A DNA stretch of 64,000 bases from Balanoglossus misakiensis (taxonomy: Eukaryota; Animalia; Hemichordata), in contig CM082581.2 of NCBI GenBank assembly GCA_040954595.2, positions 14,375,350 to 14,439,349 on the forward strand, written 5' to 3'. Under the pieces are notes generated by a model, which ran no database searches, was not told the DNA's origin, and saw nothing but the letters and a program-made list of their open reading frames with translations. Made by a program: the position numbers and the translations under genes. Below are positions 13,501 to 25,000 of the stretch, piece by piece. Position 1 is the stretch's first letter. The number at the start of each line of letters is the position of its first letter.

Positions 13501-15745
13501 TCATTCCTGTGCCAGGGTACTGCTGTACAACGTCGCACTCTTGATTGTGTCTGCCTACACATTCTTGTTCGATGTTTCCTGTGTAACACTCTGAAGGTTG
13601 TAAAATTACAAGCTGGCATTCTCCTCTTTCAGTGCTCACATCTGCACTGTCTTGAATTGGACCCTCGGCTGGTCTTGCCTTACTCTCACTAAACCCAGGC
13701 TGTACTGTTTTGTCCTCAACTAGAACACTTTCTTTCAATTCACCATCAAACCCAACCCCTTCATTCTGATCAATCCCACGTGGTTCAAGTTCATTTTCGT
13801 ATAAATGTAGACTCCCTGAGTCTACAGGAGTAGCATCACCAACTTCATTTTCTTCTGTTCTTTCATCAACATAATCTCCTTGCTTTCTAAATGATTTCAC
13901 ATGATCCTGTGTCCGTACATGTATATCTACATTGTCCTGTGTCTGTATATCTACATTGTCACTAGTCCTATACCTGCGTTGACTATCATCTGTACTTACT
14001 GGAGCTTGTTCATGAGATTTACTTTCTGACTTTTTATCCCTAACCTTTTCTCTGCTCTTTCGTGGTCTCTTTCCACCTTCTCTGATTTCTCTCTTTCCCC
14101 TGTCTTGCTTTCCTCTTCTTTCTTGCGATGATCTGCCTGGTGATCTAGCTGGCGACCTGGCTGATGATGTGGTGTACTGCTTGTCTGATAGTCTTGCTTC
14201 TTGAACTGTTTTATCTCGATTTTGAAGCCTGCTTGGTTCTTCATATCCCTGAGGTTGAGATGGTGCATTTTCTGGTTGCTTTTCTTGTTGTCTTTGTCTT
14301 AGTGCTCTAGGTACGTAGAGTTCTTGGGGTGGCCTCCTTGCTTTTGACCTGGAGAAATATTAATGACATGCTTTTTCTAGTCTACACATTAAGACAAAAA
14401 TACAAAGCAAATGGTGGAACTATTACAAGGAATTAAAATGTTAGAAATAAAATTACAGCTAGGATTTGTTGGCAGTTTTCATGTGTGATACATTTTCATT
14501 TGTCCTTCACAGTTTTCTGCTTGCCTGCTGTCCATCAACTCTGTTGTTAGGACAGTGGTAACAGGTGGGTTGGAATGGCCAATGTGCAGAAGGTAACTCA
14601 TGAAATTTAATACTGCAGTATCCTACTCTTAATTGATAATGTCTCTTTTACCTTCTTTCCTTTTTCTTATCCAAGTTCTTGCCATCATCTCCTCTATCTC
14701 CAGCTGGGTATCTCTCCTCACCTCTGATGTCTTCTTGTATGTTATGGTTGGGACTGTATCTATCATTGGGGTTCCTATGCTGATGTCCAGGAGAGTTGCT
14801 TGGATTCCACTGTCTGTCCCTTTCCTTTGCTGACATTGCCCTGCAGAGACAGACCAAGCATGTTGATTGTCTCACACTTCCAACATATCCAAAAACTCCC
14901 TTGTAGTAGTGTCACGGCTATAAATTCACCAAATATTGTGCCTTTATCAACATCTTTACAAGAAAATGTTATACAGTATTCATAAATAATAAAAGTGAGG
15001 TTTATGCATGTGTGTGTTTCAATGTACATGAAGATCATTTACAAATTACATGTATTAGTAATTGTAGAACAAAATACCAAAGAAATGTTAGTAGAAATTA
15101 CTACAGCATATCAGCAAGGTAAATGACTGACATGGCTCGGAAATTACTGTACCTTAGCTGTTCTGGACAAACAACAGTTCTTCTGAATTCTTTCTCACCA
15201 ATAGAAAAACTTGTCAACAAGGTAAAATCTTCAGTGATGTTATGTATCAGGAATCGATATCGATTTGAAAGTGGTGGGAATACCAGAACACTGAAGATAA
15301 TTAAAAAGATACGATTTGAATATGTATAGCAATCTTTCGTTCCTTCATCCTGAATTTGCCGTCTCTCTTTCTACAGCCTTCTGTAAATTTTTGTGCAGAC
15401 GACAAAATATTGGTTTGTCTTCTGCTACATGTACATAGCAGACTACATTTCTGTCACACGAACTTCTGCCATCAAACTTCAAAGAGTATCGGAAATCTTA
15501 TTAAGTGAGGGTTGTACATGCGGGACTAGAAGCCAAGGGTTATATTCAAAACGAAACGATCATGTTTTCCTGGCTGCGCTACCCTTGTTCCGCGGTACCT
15601 CTACAGTATTATATAGACCAAGATCACTGATTTACCTATTGTTCCAATCTCGGAGCTGGCCAAACAGCGTAATATCTTGAATAATGTGATCAACAAATTC
15701 ACTCTCTCTGTTGTTAAGATACCGATTACCGACTGCATAAGCCAC
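10567..15745 (-). CDS. R3HCC1: R3H and coiled-coil domain-containing protein (R3HCC1/R3HCC1L orthologue), 10 coding exons, putative GUG start
   Basis: Exons 15745-15636, 15290-15153, 14840-14652, 14348-12668, 12534-12432, 12152-12071, 11765-11695, 11450-11307, 10943-10851, 10622-10567. R3H: [37 protein letters not shown]; [11 protein letters not shown]; [13 protein letters not shown]; RRM-like [17 protein letters not shown]...[16 protein letters not shown]; [24 protein letters not shown]; ends IWEGNV*. Confidence 0.9.
10705..10752. repeat. (CAT)n/(CAC)n microsatellite in the last R3HCC1 intron
   Basis: Direct trinucleotide run. Confidence 0.9.
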
Positions 15746-15839
15746 TTTGATAGAGTTTTTCAGAATATCGTCGGGAGAAGAAAGAAATTCAGTTAGAAAC
15801 AGGAATTGGACCAGCGTTAGACACAGACAGAAGACATCT

Positions 15840-16084
15840 TCGGCAGCCCTTGTGGTGACGTCATCAAAACATGTGTAAATATTTACCAGCTGTCATGCAT
15901 GTAAGTTCATGTTGGCGTCCTGTATGATACATGTACGTGAAGCACAACATTCTTACCCTATCACTACAGCTCGTTTGATTACTACGTTTATTGCGAAAAT
16001 ATCATTAACCAACATTCGTCTGTCATAAATTTATATTATATCGTCGCAAAAATTCATGACGTATACACAAAATTAACGGGAATC
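15840..16084. promoter_or_regulatory. Compact bidirectional promoter of R3HCC1 (-) and the TIR-SLOG gene (+), with a full CRE
   Basis: About 340 bp between start codons; palindromic TGACGTCA at 15856-15863. Confidence 0.6.
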
Positions 16085-19000
16085 ATGGCTGTCATGTCAG
16101 GTGAGTGCAGCTATAGGCTCAGGTCAGCCGCCTTATTCCAACGATTTCACTTTGGTTTCTGCAAATTAACACTTCTAATAAGTTTTGCACGAAAAAAGGT
16201 AGTTTCTGATTTTAGGATTACTTGTCTCTGTATTTGCAACACGAATGCAGCAGAGCCAGGCCACCGAAAGTTGACTAGTAGTACACTATGCGTACACATT
16301 GACATTGTTGATTGTACAGTGATTTGTATGTATTGTATGTTGGTAGACGAAGCCCTCGCCATTGCGGGGCTACACGTACATCTAAAAGTACATGTAATTT
16401 GTACTTGTTGAGCAAATAGGTGACATTGTATTCATTGGTTTTGGAGTAGCCTAGTCGGTATTAGATAGGATTGTGTGTGTGTGTGTGTAGGTGGGCGTGG
16501 TCAGTGGGTGGGCGTGGTCAGATATGGGTAGATACTAGGTATATAGATAGTTCACTCAGTCACTCACTCACTCACTCACTTAATCATTCATTTGTTCATT
16601 CATTCGTTCATTCACCCATATCTTTTAGGTGGGAAGGGCACCCCTGTTGGTGTTTATATGTCAAGTGAATCTTATGGATTTCAGCAGGATGGCCAATCTG
16701 ATACAATACTTGGCCTGGTTGTTGTAGACCCGGTCAACACTAAACTAACAGAGCTTAGGAATATGCTTGATAAACAGTTTGATATGTTACCAAAGGATTA
16801 TAAATTTCTCACATCTAAAGGGTAAGTGATTAATACTTGTGATTTCTCTGTGGCAACAGCATAGTCTGAGTGTTATAAACAAAGGCAAATGTAAGCAAAA
16901 ATCAGTCAAAGTTGTTTAATCAAGCCATTATTTTGTAAGTGTCTTCAAAGCTCTCCCTTTCAGTCTTTCTCATTGGTATTAGTGTTTGTATATTACAGAA
17001 TTCCACAATTTTATGGATAACATTTACCAAAGGAAGTGAAATAGGAAGTCTCATTTTATACAGTAGCTTATTCTACTCAAACTTTCAAAGGAAGGGAAAA
17101 TTTATGTTGTCTTTGCCAAGTAGGAGTATGCTGTTCATATTTTATCAACCATTTTATTTAGGTGGCCAGTAAAATGCAATCAAGAGACTTCTTTACAAGT
17201 TTGCCAAGTCTTGGATTCTGATGGCATTGTTAGAATTCTCACAAGATATGGTAAGTTTCTTTTGAAAATGTTTGACAACATATGACCACTACATTTCTAA
17301 CTACTGTATCCTTCCACATGTAAACTTAATGAATCATAAAAAAGGGACTTATAATTTTGTAATGTCAAATTTTCAATGGAAAAAAAACAAGAGTTGCAAA
17401 ATGTCAATGAAAATAGTGCACGGGACAGACACTTGTGAGTCGATGTGTGTGAAATTTGAGTCCCTGTATTGTTCTTGCAGAACAATAAGTGAATGTCATA
17501 CATGACTATTGTTGACTAAATCCATTCAGGTCATGTCCTTTTGTTGTCAGAAGCTGGGGTTATTGTGTATGTCCTCGAAAGTGGAGCAAAGAAGTCAAGC
17601 ACAACTGAAGCAAAGAAAAGTGAAAATGAGCAGCTACTGAAAATTTATGTGCAAATAGTTTGTCATGTGCTGGTGTTTCAAGTGTCACTATTTTATACTC
17701 AGGTCTGCTCATTGTCATAAAGCTGTGAATATACAGAAGCATATATTTTGTTTTTTTTATACCTAGTCCCTGGGATAGAAAATAATTTTTGAATGTGTTT
17801 CATACTTGCAGAAAAACCAAGAGTGGGCATTTGTACGAGTGATGGTGACGCCATAGGATTTGTATTTATCAAGCATACATGTACAGTTTCACAACTTAGA
17901 GAGACTATACTTACACAGGTACTGATTGAGAATCGTAATTCCCTTGCACAGTTTCTTCACTGTAATGTATATGACAGTCAGCAAAGATTGGTTATGTTTT
18001 GCATTTCAAGTTTTTAACAGATGATCCTGGTCAGATTACAGAAAAGTTCGGAATGCTGTCATAGGTCACCAGAGGGTCATGATGCAAAGAGTTAAAAGCA
18101 CAAGGAGATGACCAACAGAGAGAGAGAAAGAGAATTTAATCATCTTGATCTGATTCAAATTCATGGTATTTTTTGCTGTTGCAGATTGAAAGCAGCCCTC
18201 CACCCTTACAAGATTCCTCGTTCGTCTTCCTCGACCGGAATATGTGGCCGCTCAGCACAGAACAGGAAAATCACTTCAACGTGCTGGACATCCTGAGTGG
18301 TGCCCAAATTAACATCCGGATCAGAGAGAGACCCAGTTCCGATGATGACACCTTTCCTCTAAGTGATCTACCCAGCTCTCCAACGTCACTATCACCACCC
18401 ACAAAGAAATTTAAAAGGTTGGTGGATTAATGTCTTCTATAATTGGCATGATTACAGTTTGATACTCCCCTGAAGATGGCATCTGTTGACATAAATAAAC
18501 TATGGAGAACACCATTCATTTGACACCATCTTCTTGTGGGGAATATTAAACTGTAAACATAATGACATCTAATCTTCATGTTAGACATTGTACACACCTA
18601 AAATTTTCTGTTGAATTTCCATAAATACAATCACACATATTATTGTATTCATCCTTCTAGGTCCAATCCTATTGGGCACTCCACAGGGCAGTCACCCTCA
18701 AAAATTGTCAAATTTCAAAATACCAATGACACTGGCTCTGCAGCAAAGAATGTGGACCTGCCAGTGTTAAAGACTCCGCAAGTAGCAAAACAGATGTTGA
18801 TCAGTTACGTCAGGCAAGAAGCTGCCCACCATGCACTGGCTTTGAAATCTGCTCTGGAGAAAATACAGTTCAGTGTTTATCTGGTAAGTGTCACGTGATC
18901 GATTTCCTGCAATCCTATTGGAATATTTGAATTTTGCTAGTCAGTCATCTGAACTCTTCTACCATGACATTGTAGGAGACCATATGGTTAGAGCAGGGTT

Positions 19001-22000
19001 CGCAAACTACAGGACAAGGAAGCCATGTTTTCCATTGTGACTGATAGGAGATGGCCAATTTTATATAGTGACAGCAGATCTTGCTTTCTTGAACGTTGAT
19101 TTAACTTTTGTTTACTACATGTACTTTGACAGTTTCTTGATTGTTCATTTATAGAGTAGATAATTTGGTGTAGTAATGATGAACTTGACAAATTTGTTTT
19201 GAGATCATTTCGAAGTTAAGTTCTGCATGTTCCATGCCATGATAGTAGATGGGTAACTACAAAATATGTGTACATCGAAGTGAAATTAACCATGATAACA
19301 AAAAGAACATACTTCATCTTGCTTTGTATTGAAACAGGATGTGCATGAGATAACATGTGGAGCTGATTGGCAGGATGCATTGAATTACGCGGTCAGCAAC
19401 TGTGAAGTGTTCGTACCATTAGTGACACCGGGCTATGGAAACACTCAGTGGACAAACAGAGAGGTTGGTGTTATACCGAGGGACAGGTCGTTAACCATAT
19501 CACCACCATGGTTTGGTCCAAATCCATTGTTTTCTATGGTAAAGTTGGACCTATACAGAAGGAAGTGGGCATTGAAGGCTTAATGATAGTACATGTATCT
19601 ACATTTGATGGCACACTCTTCAGGGATGAAGTAAAATCTATCAAGACAACACTTCAGGATTCTTGAAGTGTTTTTGCTTTTCCATACAGGTGAAACTGGC
19701 AGATGTACTTGGCAAGATTATCATACCTGTGAGTTTCCTGCAGAGATGGCCACCAGCCTGTCTTGCCATTCAGTTTGCAACAACTCAGTACGTCAGATGG
19801 AAGACAAGGGATGAAATCAAGCAAGGTTTGTTTAATATGGTCATGTTGAATCACTGATGATTATAATCACAATGCTTTTTCTCATTGTGCCAATTGATAC
19901 ATTCTTTTGGTATAGCTTATGACCTTAATACTACTTCGGTTAATTCTCTAGCTCAAGAGAGGGGAGAAGGCGAGACGGCAACAGACATCAAGTATTGGGA
20001 ACCAAACTATGTTGAGAGAGTTGCTAAAGCTATTGGTGAATTTTGCAAAGCTGAATCTAAAAAATTGAAATTCTATGGACCATCAAAGGGCCTTAGTAGA
20101 AAGGTATGTTACACCGTAATGAATTCAGTGGGCAAATGTTGAAATAGTATTTTGTATGAACTGACCATGAAAAGGTATTTTGAAAAAATACTAATTGTTA
20201 CATATCATGACCATACTTCATTCAGCTATGTGCATTTAGGATAATAATGTGCTAAATTTCTTCTACCCAGCAATCCATGTTAAAGAGTTATGCAGCCAGT
20301 CTTCCAGAAGGTGCTAATGAATTGGCCTCAATCCAAGCAGACAGAGAAGGAAAACCATTGGTTGTCATAAGTCTACATCCAGCTCAACAATCATATGTAA
20401 GAATTTGCTCTTGTCTACTTTCGGAAATTGTTCTGTATGTACTGCCTTGACTTTCATCTGTAGATGAGAAGCCTTAGGGTTGGTTACAATGAAATTCAAT
20501 TGCATTATACAATATTGGCTGATTAGTATAATACTGTAAAGAACAGCCCTGTCTTTGAGAGGAAAGAATGGGGAAGTCTGTGCCTATATGCTTCAAATAA
20601 ATTGGATATTACCGGTACTTTAATCTTATTACCTGTGACAAGTACAGCGCCCCCAGTGGTAGAATATCCAACACGATTCTGAAGAAATTCTTGGACACGA
20701 CTCAATACCAATCACTTCCTTCTCTCTGACTTTGTCAGGCAGCAAAACTCAAGCTAATGTTTGAAGCTGATGGCTATGAAGTGTGGTGCTCCACGGACAT
20801 GCTAGAAAGTAGTGAGCTGGAAGTAGGAAGACCGTTTCGATTTGAAGCGCTTCCACGGAGTGCAAGTGACGATTATTCAGGTTTGGTTTCCGTGCTTAAT
20901 AGCTCTTCATCTTCTGTACTCAGTCTTTTTGCAGAAACAGATTTCACCTTAACATTTCTCACAAAGCATGCACCATAATGTTTCGACACCAGTGAAAATA
21001 ATCATCAAGCTGTATTGGTATTATTGGTGTGTTTCGATCTGTGTAAATGGAGCAAGGTGTGAGTATAGGTGAATATATGAACAGTAAACGACATGTACCT
21101 CTGTGAAGTATTATTTAACCATGCTTCCAAACAACATGTTTTTTTGTAAATGGTCAGACTTCAAAACTATGGCTGTATCCGGCTGTCATGTAGGTCATAA
21201 CAAGGCTATCATTCAACGCCATCACGGTTCAACATTTCATTCTGATGGTGATACAAGTGCTCTGTTCACATCGCACCACTTATGGCCCTGCATAATATTA
21301 CATCACAGACATTGACAGTTGGTTTCTATCACTTCTGTGAAAACAGGCCCCAGTCTGTCCCAGCTGTCACACTCTTCCAATGACAGTGTTCAGGAACCTG
21401 ATGATGAAAGAAGCATTTTTCAAGAGAAAGCTGATGAAGCTGGTGTGGTGGTGTTTGTTCTGTCCAAGGCCTTTGCCCAATCGAAAACTTGCCAACAGCA
21501 GGTAGGTGATACAACTAGACATACAGGGAAGGCTGACTTACATGTGAAGATATTGCACGTACATACATGCACTTCCTTATTTAGCTAACTATCAGTCAGT
21601 AACTAGGATCTACTATGTCAGTTCCAATCAGTCTGTGTTTAATACTCGGAGAAAAAACAACCTATAGCTAGGGCGCCCTCTATCACAGCTGCATGTACCT
21701 TGTTGTCAGGCAATACCGTTAGCATGTTTTGTTTCTACAATACAAGGTTTCTTTCAGTGACCACAAATAACAGTTTATAGTCCATACTAGGATTCTACAA
21801 ATTTGAGCCCAGTGTTTATGTGTACTTGTATTCAAATTTTGGATATAAATAGCTCCATAAAATTGATTAATGTTCAGTTTTTAATAAATGTTCCCATTAA
21901 ATCTTTCAGGTGATAAAGACATACATTGTTGGCCCACAACACTCTATTTACCTATTTGATTTGTCTATCTCCAACTCAGAAAAAAATGTTAGCGTTTTTT

Positions 22001-25000
22001 TTTACCTGCTAAAGAAGCAATAATACGTCTTCCTACAGGTATTTTATTGTGAGCACCGCAAGCGAGTCGTGCCGCTCAAATATGAAGACTTTGAGATGCC
22101 GGGCTGGATGAGTATGTTGATTGGAACGCGCACCTTTGAAGATTTCAGGCGAGATGGTTATGCAGATTCCCTACGTTCCAGGGTGAAAAGAGCCCTGGAT
22201 CCCAAGGCCAGAGAGAGCTGCTTTGATGATATTAATGAAGCAAAGATGACAGTCCACGTAAGTAGTACGTCATTGTCTTGTTGCCATGGTGATGGGACAC
22301 TAAGAGAAAAGCAATGTCGTATCCGAGGAGACAGATATAGATGTATTTTCTACAAAAATGTGATGAAGGTTCATATTGCATATTGGAAGTGGTGGTGAAT
22401 TTACCTAAAATTATCATGAAATTATGACACTGTCTTGATGATTTTACTCGTGGGTGTCTCCCTGTTTAGTTCTTGAAGATGAGATGGTTATGTCTATTTG
22501 TCGTAACAATAAAGATGTAGTTGATAATAATCTATAATCTCAAGTATTACTGCAATATAACCATGCCACCTTTTTGAATTTCTTTTCTTGATCAGTTGAA
22601 ATCCAAAAACAATACATGTAATAAAAGTTCGACAAAAGATTCATACTGTTGAAAGTCATTTGTCACGTTGCACTGAAGAGGATCAAGCTATGAACAAACA
22701 GAAACTTAGATAATTCAGTTGTGGTTTTAAAAGTGACCCAATCTATTTGAAATCATTCATATCATCACCTTTTGGTTGAATTGCCTGACGTGACAATGAA
22801 CGTATCACTTTGAATGTCTGTGTAAATGACCATTTCAGATTAACTTCATCAAGAGAAGTCTTCCAGACTTTCACAATGTTGTCTATATTTCGGGAGGCAC
22901 CAAGTTTTTCTGGGAGAAGACAGAGTCAATCTGCAAGTAAGTTTTTTTTTAAAAACACTTCATATATCTGAAGATCATGTATTTGGGGAAGCCAGGTAGT
23001 TTATTGGCATGCATTTGTGTTATAGCAATATTGTTTCTTTGAATACCAAGTTGCATTATGTATTTTTGTCTTTTTTTCAGAGCGATTGGAAAGAGCTTAG
23101 CTCAACATGACAGCATCATTGTGGTGACAGGAGGTTTCTATGGCGTTGGGGAGACGGTTGCTAGGAGTTTCCTGGATGCCAGGAATGTTGCCAACAAAAG
23201 AGAGGAAAACTTGTGGCACATTGTACCAGCAAGAGATGATCAGGTGATTATTATGCAAATTGTACTTCATAGGTGTTATTTTGAAGGCCAGAGTGTTCCA
23301 TCAACATGGGGGTATTACTGGGTTCTTTATTCAGGGGGACAGTGCCTGTAAAATAGTTTTAATATTTTAAGACATGCAGCTAATATAAATGGGTTATGGC
23401 AATGTCAATCACGGACAGAAAATGCACCTTGATAACATTTGTGAGTGGTTGCTAGGGTCCCCGACAACATTGGGATACAGGGCCACCACTACCCTGCATC
23501 TGGAACGCAGACATGTAAGATAGTCAATCAATACTAGTGGGCCCTGTATTCCCAAGATATGGCATGAACCTGAATTTGTTTCATTGAAAAAAAATAATTC
23601 TGTCACATCACATGAGTACGTGAGATAGTGATAATGATACTGATTATTGTGACTGGATTATCATTTATTCAAGTACTTCTCCCACCTTCATTGTCATTGC
23701 TGCCTAAGTAGGTCACACTTTCCTCAAAAGAAACTCTTGAGGAATATCAATCTACACAAAGCCATACATTTGCAGCAGATGATATTAGTAATTTGATAGG
23801 TTTCTTCCCCGAAGTTGTTGTATATTTTCATTTCAAAGACATTCAGTTTTTAACTCATTGCATCTAACCTACATCAGGTTTGCAATATGAACTGTGTCGG
23901 TAATGATTTGACCAGCACATACAGACCCATGGGCATTGATGTAGAAAACATATGGGAAATTTAAATTCCTAGTGCCATATCCCTCAGTACAGTGTGAAAC
24001 TAAAATCATGAAAAAAAATGTGAAAAATTTTAGTACTAGGGTTCTTTCTGATGACTGACAGTTTTTTAGTAAATAATACACAGTACAGTAGAAGTGCATC
24101 TACATCATAATATCATCCATGGGTGTTGAGTTGCTGGTCACTTCTTTGGAGGACAACATCACATCAATGAGGCATTAGAGAATTAATCACTGGCCTTGTA
24201 CAGATCACATTTTCCAAATGACCAATTACCCGGAGCAGTGACCTTTAACCTCAGGTGGTGAAAGTAATTTTGAATTATGAACTTCAAGGTGACTCTAACT
24301 ATGCAAGATGTGAAGGGAAATCATTGTTATTTTCTCTGAACCTGCCTATGTCATCTGAATGTAGCACTTGGCTCTTTCGTATTCAACTAAGCGAGAAAAT
24401 ACAAGCAGATATGTCACCTTATTCCCATAAATTAGTGCATGTAACACGCTCATGCACATTCTTCTAAAAGCATCAGACATGCTGAATGATCACGGCTGAG
24501 TCCCCCCATTTTCTCTATCTCTTTAAAACAGCAATGTGCAAATGAAAGTAGTAATAATGGATTCCTGTTAAAAATACAAATAAGCAAAATCAGTAATACA
24601 TTTTTGCTTGATGTTCTTTCCATAGGACTTGTGAAGTATATTGACTGCGTTCATAATCAAATCCCATAATGAGATTACAATCATTGACGTGGTAAAAAGT
24701 TTTACCATGGGACATATTTCTGCTCGCACATAAATGAAGTAATGATAGGTAGCATATCTTACATGCCATCCGCAATCACAAGTCAGACAAATAAATTTTG
24801 ATGACAGGAGTCGGTGCTCTTAGGACCAAGGTCAATGAATTCTCACTGTATATCATATGAATTTCAGTAAGAGAAATTCCTGTCTGTCTGACCAGTAAAT
24901 CCCTTCTTGAGACACGGTCTGTGTGGAGTGACCATGCTTGAGAGAACAGATCAGCAGATTTGGTCACAGCCCATACACGTTACAGTGAGCGTTATATTAC

